The notes beneath the pieces were generated by a model. That model was not told the DNA's origin. It did no database searches and saw only the letters and a program-made list of their open reading frames with translations. This document shows, one piece after another, positions 9,013 to 17,313 of a DNA stretch of 35,920 nucleotides. The DNA lies in the IMG/VR virus record IMGVR_UViG_3300035396_000120, positions 1 to 35,920 of that record; one strand, 5' to 3'. The translations under genes were made by a program, and so were the position numbers. The DNA comes from a virus (taxonomy: Duplodnaviria; Caudoviricetes). Position 1 is the first letter of the stretch. Each line of letters begins with the position of its first letter.

Positions 9013-9564
9013 TTATTCAGCATCCTCTGGTTTTACAAAGTTAATAGTGTAAGTTAATGGTGCTCCACCCTTACCTGTTATCTCTAGCTTATTCTCTACT
9101 AATCCCATATACTTCATCAATTGTTCTAAGGCTTTATCTCTATTAGCAAACTTATATACTGTAGTCTGTTTATATAATCCACCACCAACAGGAACAGCTT
9201 TCTCTTCTGTACCGTCTATAACTACTAACATTTCTTCTGATAAATCTGGTTTAAGTTCACCTGTAGCCGCGTCAAGGTAGTCAAAAATGTTATAGAATGC
9301 TCTTCGTCTATACTTATCAATTATTTCATAGTGAAGGGTATCTCGAAATTGAGATATATGAATATCCATATAATACGATATTGCTTCTTGAATGTGTGGT
9401 TTTGCGAAAAAGGTTGATGATTCTGTACGAGCTGTAACTGGATTTTTAGTAGTATTGAATTTTATATAGGCTTTCCATTGGACATTGCCGTTTAGAAAGT
9501 ATTCTTCTAATATATTGATTTCTTTTGGAGTTAAACCAAACTTTTCTTTTATTTCTTTCCACAT
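9013..9564 (-). CDS. terS: Terminase small subunit
   Basis: LTPKE...EEY..NGN...AY, KPHIQEAI, RDKALEQLMKYMG, LEITGKGGAPL. Confidence 0.88.
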   Translation of the reverse strand: MWKEIKEKFGLTPKEINILEEYFLNGNVQWKAYIKFNTTKNPVTARTESSTFFAKPHIQEAISYYMDIHISQFRDTLHYEIIDKYRRRAFYNIFDYLDAATGELKPDLSEEMLVVIDGTEEKAVPVGGGLYKQTTVYKFANRDKALEQLMKYMGLVENKLEITGKGGAPLTYTINFVKPEDAE

Positions 9565-9624
9565 TGTGTTAATTACCTTTGTACTTTATACATATCTCTT
9601 ATATATCTTAGATATTATGGTTTG

Positions 9625-9760
9625 AAAAGGGGCTACCTATAAAAGAGAGATAAAATAGGTAGCCCCACATACTATTGTAAGGAGAAATTTTGTTAGGTAA
9701 TATAGGAGGATATCAACCTAACGATTCTACACTGGGAAACCAAACCAGTGCAGAAAATCT
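9625..9760 (-). ncRNA. Candidate three-hairpin small RNA or structured leader with anti-SD loop
   Basis: Stems 9725-35/9745-55, 9692-98/9716-22 and 9629-40/9655-66. G-U pairs favour the minus strand. Promoter motif directly upstream and UUUU after the last stem. Confidence 0.55.
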
Positions 9761-9765
9761 GTTTA

Positions 9766-9778
9766 TATATATTAACTT
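9766..9778 (-). promoter_or_regulatory. Candidate late promoter AAGTTAATATATA
   Basis: Copy of the repeated late motif. Confidence 0.65.
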
Positions 9779-9832
9779 CAAAGTAAGCTTATTTTTTTCT
9801 TTTCTCTTTAAATTACGCTATTTGTGTGGAAT

Positions 9833-10066
9833 TTAATCATTTTCCTCATCATTTGATACATAAATAGACATATCATACTCTAATTTTGCTGATTCATTGA
9901 AGAATTGTTGGTCTCCATGGTCATCTAATGCTTCTGCCCAATTATGTTCTAAAGTATTGTAGTGTAGGATTATGGAGCATAGAGAACAGTAGATGTTCCC
10001 ATTTTGGGAACCGTTAAAAGTGATGTTTTTGCAATAAGGACATACTATTATTGATTGTACTGACAT
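9833..10066 (-). CDS. Small zinc-ribbon protein with acidic tail
   Basis: CPYC...CSLC; GAGGA RBS. Confidence 0.65.
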   Translation of the reverse strand: MSVQSIIVCPYCKNITFNGSQNGNIYCSLCSIILHYNTLEHNWAEALDDHGDQQFFNESAKLEYDMSIYVSNDEEND

Positions 10067-10094
10067 TTAATTCCTCTCTTAGTATAATATACGA

Positions 10095-10108
10095 TATATA
10101 TTAACTTT
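10095..10108 (-). promoter_or_regulatory. Candidate late promoter AAAGTTAATATATA
   Basis: Copy of the repeated late motif at the start of the minus-strand arm. Confidence 0.65.
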
Positions 10109-10176
10109 AACTAAGAGGGAATTTTCTACCATTTTACTGGTAGTAGTAATATGGTTTAACTTTTTTTAAGAAACCC

Positions 10177-10205
10177 TTGACTTTTCTTGTGAAATGTGTT
10201 ATACT
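10177..10205 (+). promoter_or_regulatory. Host sigma-70 early promoter
   Basis: TTGACT-17 bp-TATACT with TGn extended -10 and an AT-rich upstream region. Confidence 0.8.
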
Positions 10206-10211
10206 ATACAT

Positions 10212-10352
10212 AACCTTTTCGCAGAGGCAAGAATATTGGAAAGTTTATCAGTTTTACACTATGTTTTAGCTAAGATTACTGTTGGGTATTCACCTAAACT
10301 TTCCATACACCCTTGCGAAGCGGTAATCTTAGTTAAAATATAGGAAATCAAA
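10212..10352 (+). ncRNA. Structured early 5' leader (pseudoknot or conformational switch)
   Basis: Interleaved helices 10218-27/10311-19, 10237-47/10295-305 and 10259-82/10320-43. Confidence 0.6.
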
Positions 10353-10571
10353 ATGAAAGCATCAATAAATCAGAAAAATATAATGGAATGTTTCCAAATA
10401 TCTTATGAAACCTTAAGTGACGTGTCCTTAAGAGTTTTAGATAAAAAGATATTCATCCCACAGTTTTATACTTATTTTTCTAGAAAAGAAGTAAATAAGA
10501 TAATGGTGGAGCTTTCAAATATGGGTATTGTAGACCCAAGTAAAACATATACTTTAAGAACAGGCTATTAA
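10353..10571 (+). CDS. Hypothetical early protein (possibly DNA-binding)
   Basis: 72 aa, AGGA RBS, first gene after the early promoter. Confidence 0.6.
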   Translation: MKASINQKNIMECFQISYETLSDVSLRVLDKKIFIPQFYTYFSRKEVNKIMVELSNMGIVDPSKTYTLRTGY

Positions 10572-10714
10572 TTAAATAAATAGAAATATAACTGTATACG
10601 ATTTCTATTCTTTTATTGAAAAGCTAATAAAAATAAGGAGTAAATAATTAGCACTTTTTAACCATATTTTATATTTTATTTGCACTATTTCTGAATTTAT
10701 TTGTATTTATATAA

Positions 10715-10751
10715 AGAAATAGTGCAAAAATAAACAGTAATGTAAAGCTAA
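10715..10751 (+). promoter_or_regulatory. Candidate bipartite middle promoter AGTGCAAAAA...TAAAGCTAA
   Basis: Same two boxes with near-identical spacing at 13905-13942 and 17314-17344. Confidence 0.55.
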
Positions 10752-10767
10752 TTTTCATAAGGAGATT

Positions 10768-11079
10768 ATGATGAAACCAATTAAGAAAGAAGATTTCGTA
10801 ACAATGAACGTAAGAAAGAGAGAAGCATTGATAGCAGCTAATCAGAAGGTAATACAACAGCTTATGGATGATGGAGATGATTACTCTACTGCTGTTGGAC
10901 AACTCATTGATTCAAAAAACTATTACATTGACCAAAATAACCAAGCTCTACTAGAAGAAATCGAAAGATTAGAGAAATCTGGTGAGCAATTTGTTGAAAT
11001 CAAGATAGAAGCTCTCAAACAAAAGATTGAAATGCCTATATTAGAGATTTGTGATACAGGTTTTGGTAGAATTCTATAA
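10768..11079 (+). CDS. Hypothetical protein
   Basis: 103 aa, TAAGGAG RBS. Confidence 0.75.
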   Translation: MMKPIKKEDFVTMNVRKREALIAANQKVIQQLMDDGDDYSTAVGQLIDSKNYYIDQNNQALLEEIERLEKSGEQFVEIKIEALKQKIEMPILEICDTGFGRIL

Positions 11080-11093
11080 GGTTTGGGGATAAT

Positions 11094-13322
11094 ATGCTTA
11101 AATTAACAATTGACCCTATATCTTTTCCTGTAAAACCTAATAGATATGAGTTTTCTCTTATGTCTAATAGGTTATGTTCAGATAATACTGTAGAATGTGA
11201 AGATGATTCTTATATTGATTTGATAGCTAACCAAGGTCATGCTTTTGCTCCTGTATTCAATGGTTCTAGAAAGAATGAAAACTTTGTCTCTACTAATCTT
11301 ATAGCCTTAGATTTTGATAGTACTATTAACTATACAGAGTTTAAGGAAATGATTGGTAAAACAGGAATTACACCACTATTCACATATAAGACGTATTCGT
11401 GCTCTACAACAAGCATAGATAGGTTTAGAGCGGTATTTCATTCATCGGTAGAGTTAAATGCTGTGGAAACTAAGTATCTCTGTAAACATCTATATGAAGC
11501 CTATGGTAAGTTATCAGATGCTTGTGTACTTAAGTTAGCTCAACCATACTTAGGTAATATGAATGGATTGATAGAAAAGTTTGAAATATGTTCCCCAATA
11601 GATAAAATGTTATGTAACATTAATACGGATATTATTAATGTATCATATAAAAATTCTTCTTCATCAACAGATATAGATACACTCTCCCTATTAGGGGAGA
11701 ATTCTGAAGTTCAAAAAGATATACAGTTAGTAGGGGATACTAATTACAATTACTTTAATAGTTGTACAATTTGGGTAGATTTGAAAGATAAGAACTATAC
11801 CTCTTATTTAGAAAGATTTCAAATTCTATCAAATTTAGCTTATGTAAAAGGGGGAATTAGTAAGATAACTAACCTATTTCCACTTGGAAAAGAAGAGAAA
11901 GCAATTAAGGACGCTAGATACTACAAAAGCCATTATAGCCAACCTATTGCTTGTAATAAATGTCCAAGATATGAGGAATGTAATGTAAAACCTTATAATC
12001 TTCTGAAGTTATTAACCAAAGAGACTTATATTCCTGAGATTAAAGAAACTATTAGCCTAGAGCAAGGTTCTTTGTTACTATCCGAAATGATTAAGAATGC
12101 ATATACCTCAGATAAGCTATCAATAATTAAGGCTCAAACAGGCCTAGGTAAGACAGAGGAGTTAGTAAAGAATGTATTACCAGGGGCTATCTATTGCTTT
12201 CCTACCCATGCTTTAAAGAATGAGTTTGTTTATAGAGTAGCAGAAGCAAATCCTGAGACTTTAATGTTAGATACTTTGCCTTTACCTATTGAGAACATGG
12301 AAGAAGGTGAAAACATAAGCGTTTTATATATGAAGAAGGAGTATAAACTTGCTCATGCTAAGATTATGGCCGAGATTGACAAAGAAGGTGTACTAGAATT
12401 TGTTAATGCTAAGGAAAGAGCAAAGAGATTAAACACAAATGACATCCTTGCGACTACTCATAAGCTATTACCTAGTATGTTAAAACTATATCCTGATAGA
12501 AAAATCATTGTTGATGAAGACCCTGATAATATTATTTGGACTCTAGACTCTATTTCCGCAAATCTTGCTGGTATTGATACTGAATTCCTAGAACCCAATA
12601 AAGTATATAAGACAGAAACTCCTATTGAGTATTCTAAGGTTGGTCTTGTAAGGGATTTCCAAAATAGTAAGTATTATGAGGTATCTAATAATAAAAGAGG
12701 GATATCATATATGAAACAGATAAACTATAGTCTAAACAACTGTATAATATTATCTGCGACAATTGATAAGAATAAGTATGAGATTGCTTTTGAGGATATA
12801 TTTTATCAAGAAGTCCCTTATATTAAGATTAAAGGAACACTTAATCAGTGGGATAATGCTACTTATTCTAAAAGTTATATGAAACTTAATCAAAAAGCTA
12901 TCGAAGATATTAAACAAAAGCATAAGGATACTCAAATAATAACTCATTATGACGAAGAGTTAAAAGGTACTGAGAACTATATTCATATGAGAAACTCTGA
13001 GGGTAAAGATTTCCTTAAGGGTAAGAATATAACTATCATTGGAACAAGCTTCCCACTTCCTACTAAAATGAGATTACTTGCTGCTTGTATCTCAGGAGAA
13101 ATTCAAGAAGATGATTGCATGAGAGTAAGAAAAGTAGTTATGGAAGATGGTAGGATTTTCGACTTCTTTACATACACAAACGAAACACTCAGAAAGATTC
13201 ACTTAGGCGAAATAGAAGCGATACTATTACAGTGTGTAGGTCGAGCAAGATTACTAAGAACAGATGCAATAGTAAATGTTTATAGTGACTTCATTCTTCC
13301 AGAAGCACATTTACAAAAGTAG
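11094..13322 (+). CDS. AEP-type primase fused to Cys-rich domain and SF2 helicase (replication protein)
   Basis: ALDFD and TYS...RFRAVF primase motifs; AQTGLGKT, IIVDED, ILSAT, QCVGRAR helicase motifs. Confidence 0.8.
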   Translation: MLKLTIDPISFPVKPNRYEFSLMSNRLCSDNTVECEDDSYIDLIANQGHAFAPVFNGSRKNENFVSTNLIALDFDSTINYTEFKEMIGKTGITPLFTYKTYSCSTTSIDRFRAVFHSSVELNAVETKYLCKHLYEAYGKLSDACVLKLAQPYLGNMNGLIEKFEICSPIDKMLCNINTDIINVSYKNSSSSTDIDTLSLLGENSEVQKDIQLVGDTNYNYFNSCTIWVDLKDKNYTSYLERFQILSNLAYVKGGISKITNLFPLGKEEKAIKDARYYKSHYSQPIACNKCPRYEECNVKPYNLLKLLTKETYIPEIKETISLEQGSLLLSEMIKNAYTSDKLSIIKAQTGLGKTEELVKNVLPGAIYCFPTHALKNEFVYRVAEANPETLMLDTLPLPIENMEEGENISVLYMKKEYKLAHAKIMAEIDKEGVLEFVNAKERAKRLNTNDILATTHKLLPSMLKLYPDRKIIVDEDPDNIIWTLDSISANLAGIDTEFLEPNKVYKTETPIEYSKVGLVRDFQNSKYYEVSNNKRGISYMKQINYSLNNCIILSATIDKNKYEIAFEDIFYQEVPYIKIKGTLNQWDNATYSKSYMKLNQKAIEDIKQKHKDTQIITHYDEELKGTENYIHMRNSEGKDFLKGKNITIIGTSFPLPTKMRLLAACISGEIQEDDCMRVRKVVMEDGRIFDFFTYTNETLRKIHLGEIEAILLQCVGRARLLRTDAIVNVYSDFILPEAHLQK

Positions 13323-13395
13323 TATTCTAATAATCATAACACAACTAAATACCCCACCAGACGCACTAGGAAGCCCATGGCGAGGTTCTAATACA

Positions 13396-13421
13396 CTGGG
13401 TGGTCAAATGATACCACCCAG
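13396..13421. other. GC-rich hairpin in the intergenic region after the replication gene
   Basis: CTGGGTGGT-8 nt-ACCACCCAG perfect inverted repeat. Confidence 0.7.
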
Positions 13422-13545
13422 AAATCGGAGAGGCTTATTTTAAAAGTTTTGTTTTTTAAACCCCATTTTTATTGGCTCTAAATGTGGGGGTTTTTAAATA
13501 ATGCCATATAATACGTATATTAAAAGAAAACAACAGGTGTGATAT

Positions 13546-13926
13546 ATGAAACTAATTGACAGGATGAAAAGTAATGATATAATTATATGTGCGATGAAGA
13601 GAGTTAAGAAATTAAGATTAAAGGAGTTTGATAGGGATAGGATAATAAAGCATGTTAACAGCAATTACATTAAACCAATATTAAATTCTAGGAATAAGAC
13701 AATAGTTTGTCCTATCTGTAATTCTCCGTCAGAATATATAACACTGAGGGATAAGACAGAAAAGGGTAGGAGAGATTATAAATACTATCTGCATTGTGAA
13801 GAACATGGGGATATTGGAACCATGAGGTTATTTGAAATGATTATAACACCTATGCTAGATATTGAGGATAATCCAAAAGAAATACTGTTATGGTTTTTTA
13901 AAGTAGAAATAGTGCAAAAAAAATAA
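13546..13926 (+). CDS. Zinc-finger hypothetical protein
   Basis: CPIC...CEEH; AGGTG RBS. Confidence 0.65.
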   Translation: MKLIDRMKSNDIIICAMKRVKKLRLKEFDRDRIIKHVNSNYIKPILNSRNKTIVCPICNSPSEYITLRDKTEKGRRDYKYYLHCEEHGDIGTMRLFEMIITPMLDIEDNPKEILLWFFKVEIVQKK

Positions 13927-13942
13927 AGTAAATTAAAGATAA
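13905..13942 (+). promoter_or_regulatory. Candidate bipartite middle promoter
   Basis: AGAAATAGTGCAAAAA identical to 10715-10730, followed by TAAAGATAA. Confidence 0.55.
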
Positions 13943-13991
13943 GTATAATAGCAACGTATATTATAATATAAACTATTTTAAAGGACATTAT

Positions 13992-14630
13992 ATGAAAATA
14001 AGAACATTTGACATCGAAAAACAAAAAATAACAACATTATTAGATGGAGATAAAAAAGTATGGTTCGTAGCTTACGAGGTTTGCTCTAAATTAGAGTTCG
14101 CAAATACATCTGATGCTATTAAGAATCATTGTAATCCTAAGGGTATAGCGAACGGCTATACCCTTACCGATGGCGGAAAACAGAAAACATTACTGATTGA
14201 CGAACCAAATTTATATAGACTAATATCAAGGTCAAAAAAAGAAAGTGCTGTTAAGTTTCAGGATTGGATATTTGAGGTAGTGCTACCATCTATTAGGGAA
14301 ACAGGCGAATATAATATAAGCCAGTGTTTAAAAAATCAATCTTCTGAGATTAGAAATGGTATGACAGATGCTTGGAAAGAATGTGGAGTAAGTAAACCAC
14401 ATGAGTTTATGCAACTAACATTTCAAGAGTACAAATCTTTAGGTTTTCAGAAAGAGAAGAGAAAAAAAGATATGACAAAAGAGGAATTATTAACATTAGC
14501 AGCATTAGAGAGCATGGAAACATTAAAGTTATTTCATGAAAAGAAGGATGGATATTATGAGTGCAGAGATAGCTTACAAGAGACTGCTAAAGTAATACCT
14601 TTTTTAAAACCAAAAGAAATAGTAAATTAA
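13992..14630 (+). CDS. BRO-N domain protein (antirepressor-like)
   Basis: WFVAYEVCSKL, DAIKNHC, TDGGKQ, IDEPNLYRLI.RSKK, FQDWIFEVVLPSIRETGEY. Confidence 0.9.
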   Translation: MKIRTFDIEKQKITTLLDGDKKVWFVAYEVCSKLEFANTSDAIKNHCNPKGIANGYTLTDGGKQKTLLIDEPNLYRLISRSKKESAVKFQDWIFEVVLPSIRETGEYNISQCLKNQSSEIRNGMTDAWKECGVSKPHEFMQLTFQEYKSLGFQKEKRKKDMTKEELLTLAALESMETLKLFHEKKDGYYECRDSLQETAKVIPFLKPKEIVN

Positions 14631-14666
14631 AGATAACATATACTAATAATAAAAGGAGATTACAAA

Positions 14667-14840
14667 ATGGACAGAAAAACTGCAAAGAGGATACTAGAGC
14701 TTAGGGATGCTATTAGAGCAAAATGTATGGATTGCTCTTGTGACGACAAAAAAGAGGTGGAGGAGTGCTTGATACCTAGTTGCCCGCTATACCCTTTTCG
14801 AAAAGAAATTAAATTAAAAGATATTATGTATGAGGATTAG
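14667..14840 (+). CDS. 57-aa Cys-rich small phage protein (absent from ORF track)
   Basis: AAGGAG RBS; MDRKTAKRILELRDAIRAKCMDCSCDDKKEVEECLIPSCPLYPFRK... Confidence 0.8.
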   Translation: MDRKTAKRILELRDAIRAKCMDCSCDDKKEVEECLIPSCPLYPFRKEIKLKDIMYED

Positions 14841-14845
14841 ATAAT

Positions 14846-15427
14846 ATGGAGTATAGTAACATTTATAATATAATAGTATCTAGAGCAAAATCTAGAGGTC
14901 TGGATAAATCAAAAATAAATTACTATACAGAAAAACATCATATTGTACCTAAATGTATTTTTGGTACAAATGATGTAACAAACTTGGTATTATTAACAGG
15001 AAGAGAACATTTTATATGTCACAAATTATTAACTAGAATATACCCGTATAATAAGCATTTAAAGTTCGCCTTGTTTATGATAGGTACTTCTAAAGATATA
15101 AGAAGAACAGGAAGATTAATATCATCAAGAGAGTATGAAAAACTAAGAATAATATGTAACGAGGCAAAAAGAGGAAAAAGAAGTAAGCATGTTCTATTTA
15201 GACCTCCAGCCTTTATTAAAAGTCTTAAGAATAAAGAAAGTCTAAAATTATACACTAAGGAGCAAATAACAAATCATCTAAAAACTATGCATTTAGTATT
15301 TAAAAATACAGATAGCAGGTTTATACCAGAAGAAGATTTACAAGTATTTTTAAATAATGGATATAGAATTATAGATAAAAATATAAGAAGTCTAGGAAAA
15401 TCCGTAACATATGTTACGCTTTCTTAA
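14846..15427 (+). CDS. HNH homing endonuclease
   Basis: EKHHIVPKC..GTND..NLVLLTGREHFICHKLL. Confidence 0.88.
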   Translation: MEYSNIYNIIVSRAKSRGLDKSKINYYTEKHHIVPKCIFGTNDVTNLVLLTGREHFICHKLLTRIYPYNKHLKFALFMIGTSKDIRRTGRLISSREYEKLRIICNEAKRGKRSKHVLFRPPAFIKSLKNKESLKLYTKEQITNHLKTMHLVFKNTDSRFIPEEDLQVFLNNGYRIIDKNIRSLGKSVTYVTLS

Positions 15428-15523
15428 CTTTTTTTCAACAAATACTCAAAAAAGAAAGAAAATAAATCCTTGTGCAAAGTTAAATATCATGAAACGAAAA
15501 ACTATTGCATAAGGAGCAATCAA

Positions 15524-16186
15524 ATGGAAAAATTACAAATAACAATAATGGACGGAATACCTGAGTATGGTATTATAGTGAAAGATGATAGAGCGTGGGC
15601 TACTTCTAATAAACTAGCAGAAATGTTCGAGAAGGAGCATAAGGATGTTCTAGAAAATATAGATAAAACAATAGAAAATCTCGCGGCCGACTTTTCCGCC
15701 GTCAACTTTAAGAAATCAACCTATAAAAATACTAGAGGTAAATCCTATAGAAACTATCTTATCACTAGAAAAGGTTTTACTTTAATGGCCATGGGGTTTA
15801 CAGGTGAAAAGGCTTTGAAGTTTAAAGTAGCTTACATTGAGAACTACGAAAACATGGAAGAGTTCATTAGCACCAGGTTAATATCTAAGGAAGGATATAA
15901 AGAGATGACATCTGCCATAGCTGGTTATCTAAATCCTACAAGAGAAACATACATCACTGAAATTGATATGATAAACAGACTCGTTCTTGGTACATCTGCT
16001 AAGATATTTAGAGAAATTAACAATATTCATACTGATACAAGAGACGGAATGGATGAAGATAAGTTAATTCAAATAGATAAAGCTCAGAGATTAAATGGGC
16101 AGTTAATTGTTGCTGGTGTTAATAAAGAAGATAGATTTAATATTATTTCTAAAGCAATAGTGAAAAAAGAGAAAAAAAATAATTAA
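15524..16186 (+). CDS. rha: Rha family regulatory protein
   Basis: TSNKLAEMFEKEHKDVL, F..STY...RGK, ITRKGFTLMAMGFTGEKALKFKVAYI; start moved to ATG 15524 behind TAAGGAG. Confidence 0.9.
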   Translation: MEKLQITIMDGIPEYGIIVKDDRAWATSNKLAEMFEKEHKDVLENIDKTIENLAADFSAVNFKKSTYKNTRGKSYRNYLITRKGFTLMAMGFTGEKALKFKVAYIENYENMEEFISTRLISKEGYKEMTSAIAGYLNPTRETYITEIDMINRLVLGTSAKIFREINNIHTDTRDGMDEDKLIQIDKAQRLNGQLIVAGVNKEDRFNIISKAIVKKEKKNN

Positions 16187-16226
16187 ATTAAAGATAATAA
16201 ATAACCAAACAATAAGGAGCAATCAA

Positions 16227-16517
16227 ATGTACGAAGCATCAATAACAGATAGTTTAAAAGAGATTACAAAAGAATCAATCAAAAGATACAGAGAAGAAAA
16301 CGGTGACGAATACTATAGGATAACAGATGAAAACTATGGTAAAGTACAGGTATATATTCCTCTTGAGGACATATACACTGGGTTAGTAGAAATGGATGGG
16401 GACGCTGAGGTTTTAGATAACAACAGAGTACCTATTAAAAGAATAGTTAATAAATTAATAAAAGATGGATATTTAGATATCGAGAACTATGATTTCGATG
16501 TCGTAGAGGAAGCATAA
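16227..16517 (+). CDS. Hypothetical acidic protein
   Basis: 96 aa, TAAGGAG RBS. Confidence 0.75.
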   Translation: MYEASITDSLKEITKESIKRYREENGDEYYRITDENYGKVQVYIPLEDIYTGLVEMDGDAEVLDNNRVPIKRIVNKLIKDGYLDIENYDFDVVEEA

Positions 16518-17287
16518 TGAAGAAGATTATTATCCCTGATAGTATGTCTGAAACAAAGACGGTATGGGCTCCGAAGAAAGTTAAGATTAATAAAGCTCTT
16601 ATCCTGGCAGATGTACACGTTCCATTTCATTCTGCCAAGGACTTAGAAATAGCAATAAATTATGGAATAGAACATAAATGCACAGATGTTATACTTTTAG
16701 GTGACTTTATTGATGCATATTCAATATCTCATTTCGAAAGAGACATTAATCTACGTGATTTTTCTAAGGAAGTTACCATTGCAAAAGAGATATTGACAAT
16801 ATTAGAGGATAACTTTAAAGGACAAAATATATATCTTGAAGGTAACCACTGTAACAGATATAATAAGTATCTAAATAAGCAAGCTCCCGAGCTTCTTGGT
16901 TTAGAGTCTTTATCTTTTAGAAGTATCTTTGGACTAGAAAACTGGACTATTGTTAATGAGAAAAGACCACTTAAAATAGGGAATATGTATCTTATGCACG
17001 GAGACCAAATATCTGCTAGTGGAAAAAATAAAGCTCAGGGTATTTATAATAAAACAAAGTCAAACTGCATAATAGGGCATTACCATAAAACAAGTATATA
17101 TTCTGAAGTTGGACTTGATGGAAAACAGGTAACATGTTACAGTGTTGGTTGTTTATCTAAATTAAATCCTTTATATAACCCATGTCATAATTCTTATAAT
17201 TTAGGATTCGGTATATTGGATAATTTAATTGATAAAAAATCACATTTTACCAATTATAGAATAGAGAAAGGGAGGGTAATACAATGA
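16517..17287 (+). CDS. Calcineurin-like metallophosphoesterase
   Basis: DVH, GDFID, GNH, HGD, GHYH motifs. Confidence 0.9.
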   Translation: MKKIIIPDSMSETKTVWAPKKVKINKALILADVHVPFHSAKDLEIAINYGIEHKCTDVILLGDFIDAYSISHFERDINLRDFSKEVTIAKEILTILEDNFKGQNIYLEGNHCNRYNKYLNKQAPELLGLESLSFRSIFGLENWTIVNEKRPLKIGNMYLMHGDQISASGKNKAQGIYNKTKSNCIIGHYHKTSIYSEVGLDGKQVTCYSVGCLSKLNPLYNPCHNSYNLGFGILDNLIDKKSHFTNYRIEKGRVIQ

Positions 17288-17313
17288 ATTATCAAAGAAT
17301 ATATATAGAGAAA

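Noticed and set aside
15470-15523. TTG start for rha in the ORF track
   Set aside because: ATG 15524 has a TAAGGAG RBS, and the extension overlaps a promoter-like motif
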